The notes: generated by a model from the letters alone, not told the origin. A DNA stretch of 63,894 bases, filler included, from 9 parts of 9 records of this genome joined end to end with filler, not necessarily neighbours in it, one strand, 5' to 3'; positions 9,552 through 19,024 are shown, numbered from the whole stretch's first letter. Translations and numbers: made by a program.

Positions 9552-10867
9552 GAGAGTGCCGCGTCCCAGGAGCAGGAAGCACGCCGGCCGGCATCCCGGT
9601 CGGTCCAAACGGACTCCCATTCCTCGGTCGGCCCGATGGCATCGATTGAGATCGGTCCCTGGATGTCTTTCGCCGTAGCCTCGTCGATCACCAGCGGCAG
9701 CTCCCCCTCACCCAGCTTCACGCTCTTGATCGCGGCCCGCAGCATGCGCCGGTAGCGCACGATGGCGGCGTCGGAGGAGGCAAGATGTTCCCGGGTGCGG
9801 TCCTGGATCATGCCCATGGATTCCACCGCCCACTGGTCATGCACATTGATGTCGAGGCCCATGCCCGTATAGGTCAGCGTCTTCTGTTCTTCCGGGTCGT
9901 AACCATACTCGTTCGACTTGTTGCGGAGCGGCGCATAGTCCGGCAGCCGGTGCTCCTTCAGGCGCTGCTCGCGCATCTTTTCCTTGTCGACCGGGGCACC
10001 GAAGCTGGTGAACATCGAGTACCAGTAGCAATGGGTGTCATCCACCGGCACGTGCCACTGGGTGATGGTCATCTCGTTCGACATCGGAATGGTGATGGCG
10101 CAGGGGAACACTTGATTGGTCACCCGGACATGGCGCTGGCCGTTGCCAAGATCCCGCAGTGCGATGATCCGCAGCCCGTAATCGGTCTCCTCGACCTTCA
10201 ATTCCGGATTATCGAATTCCCGCAACACCTTGGTCATCGGCATGTCGCTCTGGGCCGCCTTGTCCCGGAACTGCTTGCCGTAACCATCCGCCGGATCCTC
10301 GTCCTGCAGGAAACGGTGCAGGAAGGAAGCGTGCGCAGGATCGATGCCGATCTCCAGCGCCTGCAACCAGTTGCATTCCCACAAGCCCTTGAAGGCGAAG
10401 ACATGGGTATCGGGTGCCCGGAAACAGTCGAGCGCCGGGAAGGCCGGCGGTTCGCCCGGCCCCATATAGGCCCAGATCACGCCGTTCTTCTCCACAGCGG
10501 GATAGCTCGAAATCTTGACCCGCTCATGCATGCGAGACCCATCGGGTTCCGCCGGCTGCTCGGTGCATTGTCCACTCTGGTCGAAATGCCAGCCATGGAA
10601 GGAGCAGCGGATACCGCCGCCCTCAAGCCGGCCATAGCAGAGATCAACCCCACGATGCGGGCAGAACCGGCTCATCAGGCCGAGTGTCTTGTCCTCACGC
10701 CGGAACAGCACGAGATCCTCGCCCATCAGCCGGACCGGAGCGACCGGACGCGGGCCGTCAAGCTCGACCGCGAGCGCCGCGGGCATCCAGTAATGCCGCA
10801 GCAATTGTCCCGCCGGCTGACCGGCACCGACCAGCGTAATCTCGTCGTTCTTTTCCTGGCTCATCAT
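9548..10867 (-). CDS. Rieske aromatic oxygenase alpha subunit (phthalate 4,5-dioxygenase/LigX-like)
   Basis: Rieske CPH...CSFH ligands; mononuclear iron site NWLQALEIGIDPAHASFLH and HDQWAVESMG. Confidence 0.92.
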   Translation of the reverse strand: MMSQEKNDEITLVGAGQPAGQLLRHYWMPAALAVELDGPRPVAPVRLMGEDLVLFRREDKTLGLMSRFCPHRGVDLCYGRLEGGGIRCSFHGWHFDQSGQCTEQPAEPDGSRMHERVKISSYPAVEKNGVIWAYMGPGEPPAFPALDCFRAPDTHVFAFKGLWECNWLQALEIGIDPAHASFLHRFLQDEDPADGYGKQFRDKAAQSDMPMTKVLREFDNPELKVEETDYGLRIIALRDLGNGQRHVRVTNQVFPCAITIPMSNEMTITQWHVPVDDTHCYWYSMFTSFGAPVDKEKMREQRLKEHRLPDYAPLRNKSNEYGYDPEEQKTLTYTGMGLDINVHDQWAVESMGMIQDRTREHLASSDAAIVRYRRMLRAAIKSVKLGEGELPLVIDEATAKDIQGPISIDAIGPTEEWESVWTDRDAGRRASCSWDAALS

Positions 10868-10922
10868 GGCTCGGATTCCCTCCGCGTCTAAACGCTTCGA
10901 TCTCGTATCTTGCTACGGCTGC

Positions 10923-11255
10923 TCAGTACTGACGATCCGGGATCTGAATCCTGATCCCGTCCATTTCAGGCGTGAGTTTGATCTGACAGGACAGACGGCT
11001 GGTCGGGCGCACTTCGGCAGCCGCGTCCTCCAGCATGACCGTCTCTTCTTCCTCGGCTTCGGGCAAAAGGCTGGAGACCGCATCGTCGAAATAGACATGG
11101 CAGGTCGCGCACATGCAGCTTCCGCCGCATTCAGCCTCGATTCCCTCGACATCATTGAAAACAGCGGCTTGCATGACGGATTCACCCGTCTCCGCCTCAA
11201 CGGTTTCAACAGATCCTTCCGGCCGAACGAAATGAACGGTGATCTTGCTTCCCAC
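10923..11255 (-). CDS. 2Fe-2S ferredoxin, adrenodoxin/putidaredoxin type
   Basis: ECGGSCMCATCH and SRLSCQ motifs; GTG start at 11255 after AAGGAG. Confidence 0.9.
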   Translation of the reverse strand: MGSKITVHFVRPEGSVETVEAETGESVMQAAVFNDVEGIEAECGGSCMCATCHVYFDDAVSSLLPEAEEEETVMLEDAAAEVRPTSRLSCQIKLTPEMDGIRIQIPDRQY

Positions 11256-11310
11256 TGCACGTCTCTCCTTGTCAGCGCCCGTCAAGGGTTGGACGAAGCT
11301 GACATATAGA

Positions 11311-11331
11311 TTTGACCGATTATCGAACATT
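11311..11331. promoter_or_regulatory. PcaR/PcaU/PobR-type IclR operator
   Basis: TTTGACCGATTATCGAACATT, an imperfect palindrome close to the TTTGTTCGATAATCGAACAAA-type box, between the divergent ferredoxin and iclR genes. Confidence 0.7.
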
Positions 11332-11399
11332 CGGTCTATTATTGATCAAGAGCAAAAATACACCGCAAACCGATGGTGCGGTCAAGACCCGGGAGCTCC

Positions 11400-12155
11400 A
11401 TGATCGCCGACAAAGATATATCGCTCACCTTCATGAAGGGCATGGAAGTGCTCGAAGCGTTCGAGCACGCAGCACACCCACTGACAATTCCGGAGCTCTC
11501 GCGGGTAACCGGCATCAATCGGTCGGTCACGCGCAGGCTGGTCCTGACATTGGTCCAGCTCGGCTACCTCCTGGAAGCGAACCGTGCCTACACGCCCAGC
11601 CCGCGCGTGCTCCGGCTGGCCAGCGGCTATTTGAAGGAGCGGCAATTCGGCCGCACCGTACAGCCGGTGATGGCCTCCTATTCAAAACGCCTCGGCGATG
11701 CGATCTCGCTCGCCGTCAGGGACGGGGTGGACGCAATCTATGTTGCCTATTCCCCCGGCGATCCGGCCCTGATCACCTCCGGCTTCAATATCGGCTCAAG
11801 GCTACCGCTGACCGCGACAGCCATTGGCCGTGTGCTGCTCGCGTTCGAGGACCCCGCCGAAGTCGACCGCATCCTCGCCGCGCCATCCGCCGTCTTTACG
11901 CCCGCGACCAAAACAGACCCGGCCGCAATCCTGAAAGACCTTGCAGAGATCCGTGTTCGCGGGTTCGCACATGTCACGGGAGAGTACGAGCCGGGCGTTG
12001 CCTCCATCGCGGTTGCCGTCACGGGAGCAAACAATATCGCCAAAGCCGCTCTCGGCATTGTCGGGCCAGCGGCGCGTTTCGAAAAGCCGGAGATTTGTGC
12101 CGGGAAAGCGGAACTGCTCGCGGAATGCGCGGATACGCTCTCAAGTTTCGTTTAG
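11400..12155 (+). CDS. IclR-family regulator (PcaR/PobR-like)
   Basis: KGMEVLEAF...LTIPELSRVTGINRSVTRRLVLTLVQLGYL HTH, GSRLPLTATAIGRVLLA and EYEPGVASIAV. Confidence 0.92.
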   Translation: MIADKDISLTFMKGMEVLEAFEHAAHPLTIPELSRVTGINRSVTRRLVLTLVQLGYLLEANRAYTPSPRVLRLASGYLKERQFGRTVQPVMASYSKRLGDAISLAVRDGVDAIYVAYSPGDPALITSGFNIGSRLPLTATAIGRVLLAFEDPAEVDRILAAPSAVFTPATKTDPAAILKDLAEIRVRGFAHVTGEYEPGVASIAVAVTGANNIAKAALGIVGPAARFEKPEICAGKAELLAECADTLSSFV

Positions 12156-12848
12156 CGGGATTTCAGGCCGGCCCCGACCATACAAGAGCCAAGATGCGGC
12201 GGACCGCAAACAGAGCCCGGTCCGCCGCCCCTGAGCCGATCCCAACGGCCGCAGGAAATCCTTTGGCGCCTCGTCGTCGAGAATATCGAGAGGCCCTTGC
12301 CATAATCTGGCAATTTTAAGATGTGTATTCCGACACCAAAAAAACCATACATCAGTATGCAAATACAAAGCAAGGGTTTAGCCGGGACCTCATTTGAAGC
12401 CATCAACCTTCCTTGCCGTCACTGAACAGCGCCGACGACAAAACCTGATTTACAACAAATTTTTAGAGAACACCGGCAACATCAGGGCATCCCCAAACAC
12501 GAGGGACTAAAAACCAAACCCTCTAAAGAAACTTCAAAAGTGACCTGAGATTACCTATCGAATTGAAAGACCAGCCCCACTTACATCAAGTATCTGAAGG
12601 TGGATGAAAGTGAGACCTTCAGAAATAACAGGAAACACAGGAAATCCGATAATACTGGTCCGCCCGGTCTCAGGAATTCGGAAACCCGAGCCAGGGCTCG
12701 AGAACATCAAAAAACAACGCACCACATAGCGCCGCGAAACGGCTAAGAATAAGGCCATGCGACCTTTCCAGGAGCCGCATGCCCCGTAGCCCACCAAAAT
12801 CCCCGGACATTGCGTCAGGCGGCTTTTTCCCCGAAAGACCGTTGAGCC

Positions 12849-13646
12849 CTAACCGTCATCCCGCAGAGTCGTAAGGCCGATCCCCGTCGCTTCGAACCCA
12901 CCATCGACGGCAAGGTGCTGACCGTTGATGTAGCTCGCCTTGTCGCTGCAGAGAAAGAAGATCGCTTCGGCCAGTTCCGACTCCAGCCCATAGCGGTTCA
13001 TCGGGATGGCGGCATGGTAATCCGCGCGGATTTCCGGCGTATGTACCTTCTTCGCCATTGCCGTATCCACCGGCCCCGGGCACACCGCGTTGACCCTGAT
13101 GCCGATATTGCCAAGCTCGGCGGCCTGCTGCTTGGTCAGATGCAGAACCCCGGCCTTGCTGGTGCCATAGGCAACACGGAGCGTGCTGGCCCGGAATCCG
13201 GAAATGGAGGCTATGTTCACCACCGCGCCGCCACCGGTTTTCAGCATCACCGGCGCGGCGGCGTTGGTGCAGAGGAAAGGCCCGTTGAGATTGGTCGCCA
13301 TGATCTCGGACCATTCCTCGAAGCTGGTTTCCAGAACCGGCTTGAAATTCGCAATCCCGGCATTGTTGACCAGTGCATCGAGGCGCCCGAATGCGGCTTC
13401 CACCTCGGCGACAGCACGGCTCACATCTTCCGGTTTGGAAACATCGGCGAAGACCGGCATTGCGGCGTTGCGATGACCGAGGGCTTCCATGGCGCCCGTC
13501 AGCAGGTCCCGTTCCCGGTCGAGCATGGCGACATGCCAGCCCTCTTCGAGAAATTTCTTCGCGGTGGCAAGGCCGATGCCGCGCGCAGCGCCGGTGATCA
13601 AGGCGACCTTTGTTGCCTCAAGGGCAGATTCCTGGTTCTCCGTCAT
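12849..13646 (-). CDS. Short-chain dehydrogenase/reductase
   Basis: TGAARGIG, NNAG, YGTSK, IRVNAVCPG and VDGG motifs. Confidence 0.92.
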   Translation of the reverse strand: MTENQESALEATKVALITGAARGIGLATAKKFLEEGWHVAMLDRERDLLTGAMEALGHRNAAMPVFADVSKPEDVSRAVAEVEAAFGRLDALVNNAGIANFKPVLETSFEEWSEIMATNLNGPFLCTNAAAPVMLKTGGGAVVNIASISGFRASTLRVAYGTSKAGVLHLTKQQAAELGNIGIRVNAVCPGPVDTAMAKKVHTPEIRADYHAAIPMNRYGLESELAEAIFFLCSDKASYINGQHLAVDGGFEATGIGLTTLRDDG

Positions 13647-13811
13647 TCCCGAACGTCCCATCCCTGTTGAGCTTTCGTCAGCGCGGACCATGGCCCGGCC
13701 GATCTTCTTGATGGGATCGTTCTAGCGCGGAAAAGCCCCATGCCACAGAGGCGATTTCATCTCGCCTGCCGCATGGGGCTCCACAGTATCAGTCCCGTAT
13801 CTGTCCCGGGA

Positions 13812-14277
13812 TCAGGCCGCGTCGAGCCTGGCCCTCCGGGGGACGAGCGCGCGCATGATATCCGGCATCTCGATCACGCCTACCGCCTCCCCCGCGCGCA
13901 TGACGCGGAACCGCTTGTCGATCGCGCCCTCGGCGGCCGCGATAACGCTTTCGAGATTGTCGTTATGGAGCACTTCTCCGGCGATATCGCCCGCAACGTC
14001 TCCCTCCCGCATCACCGAGCGGACGCGCAGCACGCGTGCCCGATTGATATCGGAAACAAATTCCTCGATATAGGGATCCGCCGGGTTCAGCAGGATGTGC
14101 TGCGGCTCGCCCTGCTGCACAATGGCGCCGTCATTGAGGATCACCAGATGGTCCGCCAGCTTCAGCGCCTCGTCCAGATCATGGGTGATGAAGACGATGG
14201 TCTTGTGCAACTCCTCCTGCAACTCCAGCAGCAGGCCCTGCATGTCTGTGCGGATCAGCGGATCAAGCGCCGAGAAC
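13812..14277 (-). CDS. Glycine betaine/proline-type ABC ATP-binding protein (ProV-like), C-terminal fragment
   Basis: FSALDPLIR, KTIVFITHDLDEALKL and a CBS-like tail; cut by spacer. Confidence 0.85.
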
Positions 14278-14377
14278 NNNNNNNNNNNNNNNNNNNNNNN
14301 NNNNNNNNNNNNNNNNNNNNNTTAATTAATTAANNNNNNNNNNNNNNNNNNNNNNNNNNNNNNNNNNNNNNNNNNNN
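14278..14377. other. Artificial contig spacer
   Basis: 44 N + TTAATTAATTAA (stops in all six frames) + 44 N. Confidence 0.99.
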
Positions 14378-14710
14378 GAGGAAGAACAGCGGCTCGGCGC
14401 CCTGCACGACCAGATCGTTCACGCACATGGCAACGAGATCCGTGCCGACGCCGGAATAGTTTCCGGTATCGATCGCGAGGCGGAGCTTGGTGCCGACGCC
14501 ATCGGTCGCGGCGACGAAAACCGGATCCTTGAAACCGGCGGCTTTCGGATCGAAGACACCACCAAAGCCGCCAATGGCGCCATCGGCGCCCGGCCTGACC
14601 GTGGACTTGGTCAGGGGCTTGATGAATTCGATCAGCTGGTCCGCCGCATCAATGTCAACGCCCGCTTCCTTGTAGGTAAGGGGGCGGTTGGGTCTATCGG
14701 GAGCTGATAT
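14378..14710 (-). CDS. purM: Phosphoribosylformylglycinamidine cyclo-ligase, N-terminal fragment
   Basis: Not in the ORF track. Manual translation gives [12 protein letters not shown]...GGFGGVFD...ATDGVGTKL...[21 protein letters not shown]. The apparent start codon is ATA at 14710. Confidence 0.93.
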
Positions 14711-14865
14711 GGTCTCCTCCTCAGCCTTCCGGTATAAGGGGCGGGCAGTGTCCGCAGTGCCATTGTGAGTGCCATTGTTCTGCCCGGTTCAGGGTGTATG
14801 ACGCAGGGGCGTGGACCGCAAGCGTATTTGGCGGTCGGCAACAGAGTTCAGGGAAGATCGTACTG

Positions 14866-16140
14866 ATGAATAATGGAGCTGAAAGCCGCGCGAGGGACAC
14901 GAAACGGACGTTCGTCGGGCCCGTCGTCTGCCGCCTTGGACTGTTTGCGATTCTGTTCCTGATGCTGGCATTTGCCGGCAATAGCGCCTTGGCTCAATCG
15001 GATTCGGATAAAATTTTCGAAGTGCGCGGCGTGTCGGTGGATGCCAAGGCGGCAACGGCAGCGCAAGCCCAGGCCCAGGCAATCGAGGCCGGGCGGCGTG
15101 TGGCATGGGAACGTCTGGTGGAACGTCTGGTGCCGATCGATCAGGCCCGAAAGCTGCCGCCGCTATCGGACGATCTGTTGATCGGCCTGACTGTCGGTTA
15201 TGAAGTCGCGCGCGAGCGGACCTCGGACGTGCGGTATCTCGGCTCGCTCAATTTTCGCTTCAACCCGACGGCGGTGCGCCAGCATTTCACAAGGGTCGGC
15301 ATTAATTATGCCGAGATCGTATCCCAGCCGGTGTTGATCCTTCCCGTCTATAATAACGGCAACAAGCCGTTGCTCTGGGAAGAAGAGAGCCCCTGGCTGT
15401 CGGCCTGGCTCGACCGGCCTTTTGGTGGCGGGCTCGTGCCGATCGCCGTGCCATACGGGGATCTTGCCGATATCCGCGATATCACGGCGGTTCAGGCTGT
15501 TCTGGCTGATCATGAGGCTATCAAGACAATCGCTGCCCGGTATGGCGCGGAACAGGCCGTTGTCGTGAATGCCCGGCCGGTTGCGAGCGAATCGTCAGGG
15601 CAGGCTATGGAGCTCAATCTTACCTATGTCGGTGGTATCTCGGACGGCCGGTCTCTTGTGCGGACGGTTGTGCCGGACGCGGACAGTTCCGACGGGGATC
15701 TGCTTTCCGTTGCCGCAAGAACGGCGGCTTCCGAGATTCAGGAAGCCTGGAAAGCGGAAAACCTGATCAGCCCGGGGCTGGAAACGCGGGTCACCGTCAT
15801 TGCCCCGATTACCTCATTCGAGAATTGGCTGGAAATCCGCAAAGGCCTGGATCAGGTCTCGTCCATTTCGCGGCGGGAGCTGCTGCGGCTGACCCGGAAC
15901 GAAGCCTTGATCGATGTCTGGATCAATGGTGACGCCGGTCAGTTGGCGCTGGCCCTGAAACAAAAGGACTTCGTGCTGATGGAAATGCCGGACGGCTGGC
16001 TTCTGTACAAGGAAGGCATGGAATTGCCGGAGCAATACCGCCCGGAATCACTTTCTATGCCCGGCCCGGCCCCCGCGCCGGTTCTGCAATCTCCCCCTTC
16101 CAGCGCCGCACCGCTGGTGCTGCCGCCACTGGTGCAATGA
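14866..16140 (+). CDS. DUF2066 domain exported protein
   Basis: Signal-like segment, FEVRGVSVDAKA...AIEAG motif, Pro-rich tail; usual position divergent from purM. Confidence 0.75.
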   Translation: MNNGAESRARDTKRTFVGPVVCRLGLFAILFLMLAFAGNSALAQSDSDKIFEVRGVSVDAKAATAAQAQAQAIEAGRRVAWERLVERLVPIDQARKLPPLSDDLLIGLTVGYEVARERTSDVRYLGSLNFRFNPTAVRQHFTRVGINYAEIVSQPVLILPVYNNGNKPLLWEEESPWLSAWLDRPFGGGLVPIAVPYGDLADIRDITAVQAVLADHEAIKTIAARYGAEQAVVVNARPVASESSGQAMELNLTYVGGISDGRSLVRTVVPDADSSDGDLLSVAARTAASEIQEAWKAENLISPGLETRVTVIAPITSFENWLEIRKGLDQVSSISRRELLRLTRNEALIDVWINGDAGQLALALKQKDFVLMEMPDGWLLYKEGMELPEQYRPESLSMPGPAPAPVLQSPPSSAAPLVLPPLVQ

Positions 16141-16191
16141 TGATGTGTTTTGCCGGACCTGCCGTGACCTGCAGCAGAGGTGGGGCGCGCT

Positions 16192-17280
16192 ATGACGCAG
16201 CGTGAACGCCTGACTTTCTGGATCGTATTCCTGATCGCGGTTATCGTCGCGCTCTTTGTGTTGAAGGGGGTACTCGTCCCCTTCGTGGCTGGCATGGCTA
16301 TCGCCTATTTCCTCGATCCTATGGTGGACCGTTGTGAGCGGGCCGGCATGTCCCGCACGGTGGGGACCAGTGTCGTTTTGCTGGGCTTTTTCTGCGCGGG
16401 CATTGGGGCGCTTTTGCTGCTGGTGCCATTGGTTCAGGCCCAGTCTGTCTTGCTCGCCAAATCGCTGCCTGGTTATCTGGAACGGCTCCTGGCCTTTGCG
16501 GACCCTATTGTGGGGCTGGCCCGGACCTGGCTTGGCAACGGTGGCGCGGAAGAGCTTAATTTCTCGGCCATCGCGGCGAAGGCCGGTGAATGGCTTATTT
16601 CCGTGGCGGGCCAGCTTCTGAGCGGTGGCGCAGCCCTGGCCAATCTTCTGTCGCTTTTGGTGATCACCCCGATTGTCGCCTTCTATCTGCTGCGGGACTG
16701 GGACCGTATCGTGGCTGCAATAGATGGCTGGCTGCCGCGTGGGCAAGCGAAGACGATCAGGGAACAGGCCAGCATCATCGATGAAACACTGGCGTCCTTC
16801 GTGCGGGGGCAGGGGTCGGTCTGCCTCATCCTCGGTGTGTTCTACGCTGTCGGGCTGTCTCTCGCGGGGTTGGATTTCGGTGTTATCATCGGCCTGTTCT
16901 CCGGGCTTATCTCATTCGTGCCCTTTGTCGGGTCGATCTTCGGCGGACTATTGAGCATCGGGCTTGCCGCCATGCAGTTCGATTCCCTGACGCCGATCGC
17001 CATCGTTGCGGCTGTGTTTGTCGCCGGGCAGGCCATTGAGGGTAATTTCCTGACGCCAAATCTGGTTGGCGAGGCGGTTGGGTTGCATCCGGTCTGGGTG
17101 ATCTTCGCCTTGCTGGCGGGGGGGACATTGTTTGGTTTCCTTGGTGTGCTGATCGCTGTTCCGGTTGCCGCCGTTATCGGCGTGGTGATCCGTTTTGCCC
17201 TGTCCCGCTATCTCGCCAGTCCTCTCCATCTGCATGGCATCCCGCCGGTGGATGATGAGACGGATGATGGCGTGCGCTGA
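16192..17280 (+). CDS. AI-2E (PerM) family transporter
   Basis: Multi-TM protein with AYFLDP, FYLLRDW, QAIEGNFLTP.LVG.AVGLHPVW and AVPVAA motifs. Confidence 0.9.
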   Translation: MTQRERLTFWIVFLIAVIVALFVLKGVLVPFVAGMAIAYFLDPMVDRCERAGMSRTVGTSVVLLGFFCAGIGALLLLVPLVQAQSVLLAKSLPGYLERLLAFADPIVGLARTWLGNGGAEELNFSAIAAKAGEWLISVAGQLLSGGAALANLLSLLVITPIVAFYLLRDWDRIVAAIDGWLPRGQAKTIREQASIIDETLASFVRGQGSVCLILGVFYAVGLSLAGLDFGVIIGLFSGLISFVPFVGSIFGGLLSIGLAAMQFDSLTPIAIVAAVFVAGQAIEGNFLTPNLVGEAVGLHPVWVIFALLAGGTLFGFLGVLIAVPVAAVIGVVIRFALSRYLASPLHLHGIPPVDDETDDGVR

Positions 17281-17301
17281 GATCGAACCGGCGGATATCT
17301 T

Positions 17302-18018
17302 ATGAGTGAAGAGAACAAGGGATCGCGGCTGATCGGCGGCGGGGGCGGGCAACTTCCCTTGTCCCTGCAACACAGACCAGCCTTCGATCGCGGTGAATAT
17401 CACGTCTCGGCCTGCAACGAGGCGGCGACGGCCTGGATTGATTCCTGGCCGTCCTGGCCGGATTCGACCTGGGGCCTCAATGTGCACGGCCCGGAAGCTT
17501 CTGGAAAAAGCCATCTGGCGGAGGTCTGGGCCCGGAAATCCGGGGCGGTTATGTTGCGCCCCGCCGATCTGGCGGTGGAGAAACTGCCGGAATTTTTGCG
17601 CCAGTCCCGCTATGCCGTTCTGGATAATGTTGACGAGACATTGCCGGGTGTCCCCGCCTTCCATCTCTACAACATGATCGTGGAGCAGCGGGGGGCGTTG
17701 CTGGTTCTGTCGCGGGCGCCGGTTTCGCGGATGGAATTGCACCCGGCGGACGTCAAATCCCGTTTCGCGGCCCTGCCGGCTGTCGCGATAAGTGATCCCG
17801 ATGACGCCCTGATTTCGGGAATCATGGACAAACTCTTTCGCGACCGGCAATTGTTCGTTGCTGAAGAGGTGCTGGCCTTTCTGGTCGGGCGCATGGAACG
17901 ATCGTTTTCGGAAGCGCGGGCACTGGTTGAGACCATCGACGCCATGTCGCTTGCAGAGGGACGCCGGATCACGCTACCGCTTGCACGCCGCGCGCTGGAC
18001 GTGCGGACAAAAGGATAG
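17302..18018 (+). CDS. hdaA: DnaA regulatory inactivator HdaA
   Basis: Clamp-binding QLPL motif, Walker A GPEASGKSHL, DVKSR and RMERS. Confidence 0.85.
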   Translation: MSEENKGSRLIGGGGGQLPLSLQHRPAFDRGEYHVSACNEAATAWIDSWPSWPDSTWGLNVHGPEASGKSHLAEVWARKSGAVMLRPADLAVEKLPEFLRQSRYAVLDNVDETLPGVPAFHLYNMIVEQRGALLVLSRAPVSRMELHPADVKSRFAALPAVAISDPDDALISGIMDKLFRDRQLFVAEEVLAFLVGRMERSFSEARALVETIDAMSLAEGRRITLPLARRALDVRTKG

Positions 18019-18063
18019 CGTCGGAACCACAAACGAAAAAATCAAACAAACGGAGCATTATCC

Positions 18064-18846
18064 ATGGATCTGGGAATTAAAGGGAAGAAAGCTCTCGTCT
18101 GCGCGTCGAGCAAAGGGCTCGGCAAGGCATCGGCGATGGCCCTCGCACAAAACGGCGCGGATCTGACGATCTGCTCGCGGACGCCGGAAGCAATCGAGGC
18201 AACGGCCGAGGAAATCCGGTCTGCGACCGGTGCGACCGTCCATGCCGTCGCATGCGATATCACCACCGACGAAGGCCGCGCGAAGGCGCTGGCGCCGTTC
18301 GACAGCAAGCTCGATATCCTGGTCAACAATGCGGGAGGCCCGCCGCCAGGCAATTTCCGGGACTGGACGCGTGACGACTGGATCAAGGCCGTCGACGCGA
18401 ACATGCTGACCGCCATTGAGCTGATCAAGGCGACCATAGATGGCATGATCGAGCGTAAATGGGGCCGCATCGTCAACATCACCTCCGGCGCGGTGAAATC
18501 GCCGATCGCGATTCTCGGTCTCTCCAACGGCGCCCGCGCCGGTCTGACCGGCTTCTGCGCGGGTATTGCCCGGGAAGTCGTGAAGGATGGTGTGACGATC
18601 AACGGCCTGCTGCCTGGCCCGTTCGACACGGACCGGCTGCGGGGCAACATGAAGCTGCAGGCCGAAAAAGCAGGCGTCGATTTCGAGACTTTCTACGCCC
18701 AGCAGGCCGCAGCGCACACGGCGGGACGGTTCGGAACCCCGGACGAATTCGGTCAGACCTGCGCGTTCCTGTGCAGTGATCATGCCGGGTTCATCAATGG
18801 TCAGAACGTGCTGATGGATGGCGGAGCCTTCCGCAGCACCATGTAG
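18064..18846 (+). CDS. SDR family oxidoreductase
   Basis: MDLGIKGKKALVCASSKGLG, NNAGGPPPG, LSNGAR and DGG motifs. Confidence 0.9.
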   Translation: MDLGIKGKKALVCASSKGLGKASAMALAQNGADLTICSRTPEAIEATAEEIRSATGATVHAVACDITTDEGRAKALAPFDSKLDILVNNAGGPPPGNFRDWTRDDWIKAVDANMLTAIELIKATIDGMIERKWGRIVNITSGAVKSPIAILGLSNGARAGLTGFCAGIAREVVKDGVTINGLLPGPFDTDRLRGNMKLQAEKAGVDFETFYAQQAAAHTAGRFGTPDEFGQTCAFLCSDHAGFINGQNVLMDGGAFRSTM

Positions 18847-18884
18847 TTCAGTGTACGGCTGTTTCGGGCAAAAACTGCCCGCGA

Positions 18885-18902
18885 CTGTCATCGAACTGAA
18901 AC
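18885..18902 (+). promoter_or_regulatory. Putative PHO box upstream of ppk-ppx
   Basis: CTGTCAT-CGAA-CTGAAAC, an 11-bp-period direct repeat resembling the PhoB consensus. Confidence 0.5.
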
Positions 18903-19024
18903 GTGACACGATTAGGGTCCGGCCCGGGATATTCCATGTCCCGGGCCGACTTGTGTTATGACAGCAATGAAGCGCTGTTTATGCGCGAAGGCTCGCAAAA
19001 TTGTCATGACGAGGAGACGGTTCC

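Noticed and set aside
14322..14333. TTAATTAATTAA recurring eight times, which could suggest a repeat array
   Set aside because: Always embedded in N-runs of identical length, so it is an assembly linker and not biology.
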